Notes under the pieces: generated by a model
The model's input: only the letters and a program-made list of their open reading frames with translations
Database searches by the model: none
Told to the model about the DNA's origin: nothing
Origin: Sphingomonas sp.
GTDB lineage: Bacteria > Pseudomonadota > Alphaproteobacteria > Sphingomonadales > Sphingomonadaceae
Length of the DNA stretch: 64,000 bases
NCBI GenBank assembly: GCA_965219285.1
Contig: CBDCNF010000008.1
Location: forward strand, 303,641-367,640
Direction of reading: 5' to 3'
Part shown: in pieces, positions 39,669 through 46,888 of the stretch
Numbering within the stretch: position 1 is the stretch's first letter
Layout of the letters: each line of letters begins with the position of its first letter
Translations under genes and position numbers: made by a program

Positions 39669-40396
39669 GCGAGGCGGTCGCCATCGTCATCCCCACGCTC
39701 GACGAGGCGACGACCTTGCCGCGCCTCGCGCGTCTGCTTGCCGCGCTCGATCCACCGCCCGACGAAATTTTGGTGGTCGATGGCGGCAGCACGGACGGTA
39801 CGGCGAAAATCGCGCGCGACCTCGGCTTGGCGGTTATCGAACATCACGAACAGGGTCGGTCGCGCCAGATCAATCGCGGCGTCGATGCGGTGTCCGGCCC
39901 GATCGTCTGCGTGCTCCACGCCGATACCGAGCCGCCCGACGACATGATCGCGGTGATCCGCCGGACGATGGCCGATCCGAAGATCGCGCTCGCCGGGTTT
40001 ACGCCGTTGCTAAGCGGACCCGACAAGGTGCGCTGGGTCACCTCATTCCATAACTGGATCAAGACCTGGTACGCGCCGCTGCTGCTCCGTCCGCATCTGT
40101 TCGTGAAGGGCGTCCGCCTGCTGTTCGGCGATCACGCGATGTTCTTTCGCCGCGCCGATTTCCTCGCCGTGGGCGGCTGCGATCCAGGCATGAGCGTGAT
40201 GGAGGAGGCCGATCTTTGCGTGAAGATGGCGCGTTTCGGCCGCGTCCGGCTGGTCAATCGCGTGATCCTCACCTCCGACCGGCGCGTCGCGGCCTGGGGC
40301 GAGTGGAAGGCGAACTGGATTTACTTCACCGTCGGCATCCGCTGGGCGATGGGCCTGCACAAGCGGCTCGGCGAGCGCTATCCGCATATTCGCTGA
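39665..40396 (+). CDS. family-2 glycosyltransferase, resembling rSAM/selenodomain-associated transferase 2 (TIGR04283, MftF-like)
   Basis: GTG 39665 start (GTGA overlap with the upstream stop). The translation reads VAIVIPTLDEA...VVDGGSTDGT...GRSRQIN.G...LHADT...FGDHAMFFRR..F...GG. Confidence 0.75.
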   Translation: MSEAVAIVIPTLDEATTLPRLARLLAALDPPPDEILVVDGGSTDGTAKIARDLGLAVIEHHEQGRSRQINRGVDAVSGPIVCVLHADTEPPDDMIAVIRRTMADPKIALAGFTPLLSGPDKVRWVTSFHNWIKTWYAPLLLRPHLFVKGVRLLFGDHAMFFRRADFLAVGGCDPGMSVMEEADLCVKMARFGRVRLVNRVILTSDRRVAAWGEWKANWIYFTVGIRWAMGLHKRLGERYPHIR

Positions 40397-40397
40397 G

Positions 40398-40712
40398 CTA
40401 TTTTCGGGATTTCCCGCGCACGCCCCGGATGGTCGAGAAGGCGCCGTAACCGATCAACAGCGCGAGCGCCGCCCAGACCCAGACCGGAATATCGTGGCCG
40501 ACGATCGCCAAATAGAGATAGGCCGACACGAAGAAGAAGCCCGCACACAGAACGGGCAGCACGATCGACTGGCCGGCGCGCAACCGTCGGACCAGCCAGG
40601 CGATCGACAGCAGGAAAAACGGGATCGCGCCGACGTAGATCGCGCCGAACACGATCGGATCGACGCCGTACCGCGCGCCCAGCCCGAAGAACCAGTCGTG
40701 AAGCGCGTTCAT
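40398..40712 (-). CDS. small integral membrane protein (104 aa, about 3 TM helices)
   Basis: MNALHDWFFGLGARYGVDPIVFGAIYVGAIPFFLLSIAWLV...VLPVLCAGFFFVSAYLYLAIV...VWVWAALALLIGYGAF.... ATGA overlap with the upstream radical SAM stop. Its stop lies 1 nt from the convergent GT2 stop. Confidence 0.65.
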   Translation of the reverse strand: MNALHDWFFGLGARYGVDPIVFGAIYVGAIPFFLLSIAWLVRRLRAGQSIVLPVLCAGFFFVSAYLYLAIVGHDIPVWVWAALALLIGYGAFSTIRGVRGKSRK

Positions 40713-41755
40713 GCCGCCGCAAGCCGTGCCGCGCGCCGGTCGCGCAGAACGTCGCCTAGCGTCTCGCGGAAATAGGCGTCGCAGCCGAGACACGGATTGG
40801 CGACCGTCTGCCCCTTGGGATCGACGCGAACCGATGTTTCGCGGAACGCCTCCCGGCTCAGCCCCTCCTGTTCGCCCATCCCCTCGGGATCGCCGCGATT
40901 GAGCGCCAGGATCGCTGGCTCGGTACGCAGATCGTCGAGAATGTCGGTCAGCCGCTCCTCCGCAAGACTCCCGAGCGGCGCCTGCGTCTTGAGGCAGCAG
41001 GGGTAGAGCGATCCGTCGGGCTCGATCGCGACCTCCGATCCGGACTGGCCGTAATCGAGAAAGCTCTTCGCGCCCGACCAGCGCGCGCAGAAATTCGTCT
41101 CGTAATCCGCCTGCACCAGCCCGTTGGTCCACGCGCGCCCGCGCGGCCAGAGTTCGCCGATCCACAGATCGGGTTGCGCGCCGAAGAACAGGAAGCTCGG
41201 GCCGGTCTCGGCGCGCGCGGGTTTGGGTTCCTTTAGCCGTTGGTCCTTGGCGATCCCCAGACTCACTTCGCGCACGCCCAATCCGGCCATCATCGCGCGA
41301 ATGCGATCCATCAGGCGGAACTTGCCGTCGCCGGCGTGGCCGACATGATAATCGTCGATGCTAGCGACCGCGATGGTCGAGACGCCGCGCGCGATCATGT
41401 CGCGGACATGATTCTCGGTCATGATGTCGCCGGTGGTCTGCACGCCGATGCGCGGGCCATCGTCGCCCCAGCGTTCGCGGATGCCCGCCAGCACCGGCCA
41501 GAACAACTCCTCGCGCACGCCGTCGATCAGCAATTCGCCACCCGCTAGGATCAATGTGGTCGGCTGCTCGCGTCCCTTGGTGTCGATCCAGCGCATGCGA
41601 TCGGGCAGATTGGCGAGGATGCGCGGCCAGGCGGCCTGCCCTTCGCCCACCACGCCTTTCAGCGCATCGCGGACATAGGGCCGAAAGCGATCGTCGTAAC
41701 AATGCGGGCATTTGCGGTGGCACGCCCAGCTCAGCACCCAATAGATCGATTGCAT
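40709..41755 (-). CDS. radical SAM protein with additional C-terminal Cys motifs (family not recognised)
   Basis: The start is trimmed to MQSIYWVLSWACHRKCPHCYD (CX3CX2C at residues 12-19). Later motifs are LYPCCLK and NPCLGCD. ATGA overlap with the Rieske gene stop. Confidence 0.75.
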   Translation of the reverse strand: MQSIYWVLSWACHRKCPHCYDDRFRPYVRDALKGVVGEGQAAWPRILANLPDRMRWIDTKGREQPTTLILAGGELLIDGVREELFWPVLAGIRERWGDDGPRIGVQTTGDIMTENHVRDMIARGVSTIAVASIDDYHVGHAGDGKFRLMDRIRAMMAGLGVREVSLGIAKDQRLKEPKPARAETGPSFLFFGAQPDLWIGELWPRGRAWTNGLVQADYETNFCARWSGAKSFLDYGQSGSEVAIEPDGSLYPCCLKTQAPLGSLAEERLTDILDDLRTEPAILALNRGDPEGMGEQEGLSREAFRETSVRVDPKGQTVANPCLGCDAYFRETLGDVLRDRRAARLAAA

Positions 41756-42546
41756 CAGCCGCCCCATCGCGCGACGACGCGCCCATCGGTAACGGTGATA
41801 TTGGGCGGCGTGGCGAGCCTCAACGCGGGGTGCGCGGGGCATTTCCCATCGGCCACGTTGAAGACGTAGCCGTGCCACGGGCATCGTATCGCGCGATCCA
41901 CGACCGGTGCTTCATCGAGCGGGCCGAGCCAGTGTGGACAAACGGTCGAATGCGCGATCAGTGCGCCATCGACATCGATCAGCCGAAACGGCGCGCCGCC
42001 GAACTCGAACGTCAGCGGCAAAGCGGCGCGCACCGCCCGCTCCTCGCCGAGATCGAGCGGCGGCGCGGTGAGATCCGGCGTGGTCCGTCGCGCCAGCACG
42101 CGCTCGCGCGCCTGCATCATCGCTTCGTCCTCGTCCCACAGCTTGGCGTAAGCCACCGTATAGGCCTCTCCGAGCGCGGCAAGCCGCTCCGGTCGCTCCT
42201 CGGGGCAATGGAATTCGACCGTGACATCGACGACGTCGGTGTCGATCGGATCAAGCGCGACGCGGATTTCGGTGCCCTTTCCGCTGCCCCCGACCGTGGT
42301 CGATGTGTAGCGACCGGCGGCACGATCGGCGCGCATCTCGATCCGCTGCGGCGTCGCGCCTTTGGGAGTCAGATCTACCTGCCAGCCCCACGCGCCGCGA
42401 TCGATCAGCGTGCAATCGGCGAAGCTGCCGTCATGGAGGTGCGCGAGATGTTCCCAGTCGAACACATTCTCCCAGATCCGCGCTGGCGATGCGTTCACAC
42501 GCCGCCGGTAGGTCCCGGCCAGATGCAGCGCCGGCGCCACGCTCAT
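41755..42546 (-). CDS. two-domain protein: N-terminal SRPBCC-like domain plus C-terminal Rieske [2Fe-2S] domain
   Basis: Rieske ligands are CPHWLGPL...CPWHGYVF. The N-terminal ~150 aa (..RRVNASPARIWENVFDWEHLAHLHD..) looks like a START/SRPBCC lipid-binding fold. The start at ATG 42546 overlaps the DUF2147 stop (ATGA). Confidence 0.75.
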   Translation of the reverse strand: MSVAPALHLAGTYRRRVNASPARIWENVFDWEHLAHLHDGSFADCTLIDRGAWGWQVDLTPKGATPQRIEMRADRAAGRYTSTTVGGSGKGTEIRVALDPIDTDVVDVTVEFHCPEERPERLAALGEAYTVAYAKLWDEDEAMMQARERVLARRTTPDLTAPPLDLGEERAVRAALPLTFEFGGAPFRLIDVDGALIAHSTVCPHWLGPLDEAPVVDRAIRCPWHGYVFNVADGKCPAHPALRLATPPNITVTDGRVVARWGG

Positions 42547-42947
42547 TTTGCCGGTTTCCAATGCTGCGTCTTACAGAAGAACAGGATGCACCCCTGCGCC
42601 TTCAGCCCGCCGGTCTCGCGCGAGACGATCGATTTGTACCATTTGCCGGCTTCGGGATCGTAGATATGGCCGCGCCAATCGTCTCCCTGATCGGTAAAGC
42701 CGCGCAGCACTTCAAGTCCCTGAATAGGCCGATGGCGTAATTTCGGATCGGGGTTGCGTTCGTCGATCGGCGGACCCTTTGGGGTCGGCGCGAGGATCTT
42801 GGTAATATGGCCGCAGACGACCTTGCCGCATTTCGCAATCGTGACGAGCGCCTTGCCGTCGTCGGTGATCCAGCGCCCGGTGATCGGCTCGGCGGCTTGC
42901 GCTGCTCCGGCGAACGCGAGGAGGGAAAGGAAAATCATCGATCGCAT
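42543..42947 (-). CDS. secreted DUF2147-domain protein
   Basis: The start is trimmed to MRSMIFLSLLAFAGAAQA|AEPITGRW.T.DGKA.V.I..CG...CG.I....... The translation then continues ...W.G.IYDP..GK.Y, the DUF2147 pattern. Confidence 0.75.
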   Translation of the reverse strand: MRSMIFLSLLAFAGAAQAAEPITGRWITDDGKALVTIAKCGKVVCGHITKILAPTPKGPPIDERNPDPKLRHRPIQGLEVLRGFTDQGDDWRGHIYDPEAGKWYKSIVSRETGGLKAQGCILFFCKTQHWKPAK

Positions 42948-42993
42948 GGTGCGGCTGTTCCAATCGTGAGAAAGAGGGTGCTGGAGGACGAGA

Positions 42994-43863
42994 ATGAACG
43001 CTGAGTGGACCATCGGGATCATCGGGGGCTCTGGTCTATACGCCATAGACGCGCTGGAGGATGCAGAATGGCGTGACGTCGCGACTCCTTGGGGCACACC
43101 GTCGGATCAGATCCTGCACGGTCGGATCGGCGACGTCGCCTTACGATTCCTGCCGCGGCACGGCCGCGGCCACCCGATTCCGCCGCACGCGGTGAATGCG
43201 CGCGCCAATATCGATGCGCTCAAACGTTGCGGCTGTACCGACCTGCTGGCGATTTCCTCGATCGGCTCGTTGCGCGAGGAACTGGCGCCGGGCCGCTTCG
43301 TCGTCGTCGATCAGTTCATCGATCGCACCGTCGGGCGCCCGCCGAGCTTCTTCGGCACTGGCATGGTCGCGCATGTCTCGATGGCCGAACCGGTCTGTCC
43401 GCGGCTTTCCGCTCTGGCCGCCGCTTCGGTCACGGCGGCGGGGGGCCGCGTTGCCGAAGGCGCGACCTATCTGGCGATGGAGGGGCCGCAATTCTCGACG
43501 CGCGCGGAAAGCCTGCTCTACCGGCAATGGGGTGCCGACGTGATCGGCATGACCGCGATGCCCGAGGCGCGCCTCGCGCGCGAAGCGGAGCTGCCCTATG
43601 CGCTGGTCGGCATGGTCACCGATTACGATTGCTGGCGAGACGAAGCCGCGTTCGTCGAAGTTTCCCAGGTCATCGAACAAATGACCGCGAACGGCGCGAT
43701 CGCGCGCGCGATGGTCGAGCGGTTCGTCGCGGCGTTGCCGACGGAGCGCGCGGCGTCCCCGATCGACACGACGCTGGACCACGCGTTGATCACCGCGCCC
43801 GATGCGCGAGATCCGGCGATGCTCGCACGGCTGGACGCCGTTGCCGGACGGGTGCTGGGTTAG
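42994..43863 (+). CDS. mtnP: S-methyl-5'-thioadenosine phosphorylase
   Basis: 289 aa reading IGIIGGSGLY...FLPRHGRGH...NI.ALK..G......SS.GSL.....PG..V..DQFIDRT...GMT..PEA.LARE. Confidence 0.88.
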   Translation: MNAEWTIGIIGGSGLYAIDALEDAEWRDVATPWGTPSDQILHGRIGDVALRFLPRHGRGHPIPPHAVNARANIDALKRCGCTDLLAISSIGSLREELAPGRFVVVDQFIDRTVGRPPSFFGTGMVAHVSMAEPVCPRLSALAAASVTAAGGRVAEGATYLAMEGPQFSTRAESLLYRQWGADVIGMTAMPEARLAREAELPYALVGMVTDYDCWRDEAAFVEVSQVIEQMTANGAIARAMVERFVAALPTERAASPIDTTLDHALITAPDARDPAMLARLDAVAGRVLG

Positions 43864-45125
43864 ATCTCTCGCCCCCGCAGCCAATAGACCGGCACCGCCG
43901 CGAGCATCAGTACGATGCTCAGCCCGCTCGCTTGCCAGCCCGCACCCCAGAAAGCGAACAGCGTGAACGGCACGCCGATCAGCGCCGCCGCGACCGCGAT
44001 CCGACGCATCAGCGCCGACACGCAGATCGCGAGATACAGCCACAGCGACGCGCACGTGGTGAGCAGCGCGGCGAATTCGAACACGCCCGCAAGGCTCTTG
44101 CTGGCGTTGAACAGCACCAGCAGGCTCGCCGCGCTCGACGAGATCGCAAGGACGCGCACCGGCACGTCGCGCGCGGAAACCTTGGCGAACCAGCGCGGCA
44201 GCAACCCGGCGCGCGCCATGCCGAGCGGCACCTCGCCCTGGATCAGCACCCAGCCGTTGAGCGCGCCGATCGCCGCGATCGCCGCGAACGCCGCCACCGC
44301 GAGGCTCGCGCCGCGCCCGACGAAGCGATCGACGAACAACTGGAACGGCGCACCCGAGGCGGCGATGTCGGCAGCGGGGAGCAGCAGGACGATCGCCGAG
44401 CAGACGACGATGTAAAGCACGCCGACCAGCAAAGTCCCCGCCATCGTCGCGCGCATCACGTTGCGCGCGGGATCGCGCACGCGCTCTGCGGCGACGCCTG
44501 CCGCCTCGAAGCCGAGCAGCGGGAACAGCGTCAGCGTGACGGCGGCGGCGAGCCCGGCGAAGGCGGTGCTCGCGGGGGGCAGCGGCGGCGCGCTCGCCTG
44601 CCCGGTGCCGCCGAGCCACATCGCGATCGCGACGACCGCGATCAACGGCAGCAGCTTGAGGATTGTCGTGACCACTTGGAAACGCCCGGCGAGCCTCGCG
44701 CCGCCGAGGTTGAGCAAGGTCAGCAGCCAGATCAGCGCGACTGACACCAGCGCCCCGGTGAGCGGGGTCGCGTCGAGCGCGGGCACGAACACGCTGAGAT
44801 AGCTCGTCGCGGCGATCGAGATCGCGGCATTGGCCGACCACACCGACACCCAATAGCTCGCGCCGACCATCACGCCGGGGAGCGCGCCGAGCACCGCCCC
44901 GGTGATCGCGACCGCGCCGGTCTCTTCGGGCATCGCCCGCGCCAGCCTTGCGATGCACAAAGCGATGGCGAGCGCTCCGGCAATGCTGACGACCCAGGCG
45001 ATCGTGCCGGTCCAGCCGAACGGTGCGAGGGCGATCGGCATCAGGAAAATGCCCGATCCGATCATCCCCCCGACGATCAGCGCGGTCGCGGTCCAGAAGC
45101 CGAATGGCCGTTGGTCTGTGGTCAT
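43860..45125 (-). CDS. APC-superfamily amino acid permease
   Basis: The start is trimmed to MTTDQRPFGFWTATALIVGGMIGSGIFLMP. It has about 12 TM helices. Its stop overlaps the mtnP stop (TTAG, 43860-43863). Confidence 0.85.
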   Translation of the reverse strand: MTTDQRPFGFWTATALIVGGMIGSGIFLMPIALAPFGWTGTIAWVVSIAGALAIALCIARLARAMPEETGAVAITGAVLGALPGVMVGASYWVSVWSANAAISIAATSYLSVFVPALDATPLTGALVSVALIWLLTLLNLGGARLAGRFQVVTTILKLLPLIAVVAIAMWLGGTGQASAPPLPPASTAFAGLAAAVTLTLFPLLGFEAAGVAAERVRDPARNVMRATMAGTLLVGVLYIVVCSAIVLLLPAADIAASGAPFQLFVDRFVGRGASLAVAAFAAIAAIGALNGWVLIQGEVPLGMARAGLLPRWFAKVSARDVPVRVLAISSSAASLLVLFNASKSLAGVFEFAALLTTCASLWLYLAICVSALMRRIAVAAALIGVPFTLFAFWGAGWQASGLSIVLMLAAVPVYWLRGREI

Positions 45126-45181
45126 GTACCCCCTGCACCATAAGCGAACCACGAAACCGGGGAGCCGTCTAGGGCGCGACC

Positions 45182-46777
45182 GTGCGGCTTGACGCTTTGC
45201 GCGTACGCGTGGTTTCTCGCGAGATGGCCAGCCGCTATCCTCCACAACTCGTCGATGCCGCGCTGGCGCTTCACGACAACCGGCTCGGTGAGGCGGAGCC
45301 GGTGTTGCGCGCGTACCTGAAGCGCGATCCGTTCGATGCGCGCGCGATCCGGATGCTTGCCGAACTCGCCGGGCGGATCGGGCGGTACAAGGATGCCGAG
45401 ACTTTGTTGCGCCGCGCGATCGAGATCGCGCCGGGCTTCACCGCGGCACGCGCCAATATGGCGATTGTGCTCCACCGCCAAGGGCGGTCGGCGGACGCGC
45501 TTGCCGAACTCGACGCGGTGTTGGCCGACGAACCCGACAATCCCGGCCACAGCAATCTGAAGGCGGCTGCGCTCGGCAGGATCGGCGGGTTCGAAGAGGC
45601 GATCACGCTGTATGAGCAGGTGCTGGCAAACGCGCCGCACCAGCCCAAGGTGTGGATGAGCTATGGCCATATGCTCAAGACGATCGGGCGGCAGGCCGAT
45701 GGTGTGGCCGCCTATCGCCGTGCGATCGCGCTGCGCCCGGCACTGGGCGAGGCGTGGTGGAGCCTCGCCAATCTGAAGACGGTGAAGTTCGACGATGCCG
45801 ATATCGCGGCGATGCGGGCGGCGCTCGCCGGTCCCGCGATTTCCGACGAGGATCGTTTCCACCTCGATTTCGCGGTCGGCAAAGCGCTCTGGGACGTGGG
45901 CGACGATGCCGCGAGCTTCGCGCATTATGCCGATGGAAACGCGCTTCGCCGGACGGCGATCGTCTACGACGCCGACGCGACTGAGGCCTTCGTCGATCGC
46001 TCGATCATGCTGTTCGACGCGGACTTCTTCGCTGCGCGCGTCGGGCAAGGCTGCCCCGGTTCCGATCCGATCTTCGTGCTCGGCATGCCGCGCGCGGGAT
46101 CGACGCTGGTCGAACAGATTCTCGCCAGCCACAGCCAGATCGAGGGCACCACCGAACTGCCCGACATTCCCGCGCTCGTCCGCGGAATCGAAGACTATCC
46201 GGCAGGACTGGCGACGCTGCCGCCCGAGCGGCTCCGCGAGATGGGCGAAGAATATTTGCGCCGCGCCAGCGTTCAGCGTCGCACCGACAGACCCTATTTC
46301 ATCGACAAGCTGCCCAACAACTGGGCGCATGTCGCGTTGATCCGCTTGATCCTGCCCAATGCGACGATCGTCGACGCGCGGCGCGATGCGATGGATTGCT
46401 GCGTGTCGAACTTCCGCCAGCATTATGCGCGCGGGCAAGGGTTCAGCTACGCGCTCGCGGACATGGGGCGCTATTATCGCGATTACGTCCGGTTCATGGA
46501 ACATATCGATACGGTCCAACCGGGCGCCATCCACCGCGTCGTTCACGAGGATTTGGTCGCGGATACCGAAACGCAAGTTTGGAATTTGCTCGCGGCGTGC
46601 GGTGTGGCGTTCGAGCCCGCCTGTCTCGCGTTTCACGAAACCGAACGCGCGGTGCGGACCGCCAGTTCTGAGCAGGTCCGCCAGCCGATTTCGGCGGGCG
46701 CGATCGGCGGCTGGCGACGGTTCGATCCGTGGCTCGCGCTACTCAAGGACGCGCTTGGCCCGGAATTGTTACGATAG
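45182..46777 (+). CDS. TPR-repeat protein fused to a sulfotransferase domain
   Basis: N-terminal TPR-like repeats are followed by GMPRAGSTLVEQIL (5'-PSB loop) and ...RRD..D...S.F.... The start is uncertain: GTG 45182 or ATG 45224. Confidence 0.8.
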   Translation: MRLDALRVRVVSREMASRYPPQLVDAALALHDNRLGEAEPVLRAYLKRDPFDARAIRMLAELAGRIGRYKDAETLLRRAIEIAPGFTAARANMAIVLHRQGRSADALAELDAVLADEPDNPGHSNLKAAALGRIGGFEEAITLYEQVLANAPHQPKVWMSYGHMLKTIGRQADGVAAYRRAIALRPALGEAWWSLANLKTVKFDDADIAAMRAALAGPAISDEDRFHLDFAVGKALWDVGDDAASFAHYADGNALRRTAIVYDADATEAFVDRSIMLFDADFFAARVGQGCPGSDPIFVLGMPRAGSTLVEQILASHSQIEGTTELPDIPALVRGIEDYPAGLATLPPERLREMGEEYLRRASVQRRTDRPYFIDKLPNNWAHVALIRLILPNATIVDARRDAMDCCVSNFRQHYARGQGFSYALADMGRYYRDYVRFMEHIDTVQPGAIHRVVHEDLVADTETQVWNLLAACGVAFEPACLAFHETERAVRTASSEQVRQPISAGAIGGWRRFDPWLALLKDALGPELLR

Positions 46778-46888
46778 CGTTGCAGAATCGTCACGCTCGG
46801 CAATGAAGTGTCGCGACACGCGGCGCGCGATTGACCTTTGTTGCGTTGCACCACAGTCTCGCGAACGGATTGATCGGGGGGATTTGCG

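Noticed and set aside
43089-45141. ORFs of 551 aa (plus strand) and 666 aa (minus strand) across mtnP and the permease.
   Set aside because: Their arginine-rich translations (RRRR, RDRD runs) are out of frame or antisense relative to clear MtnP and APC-permease frames.
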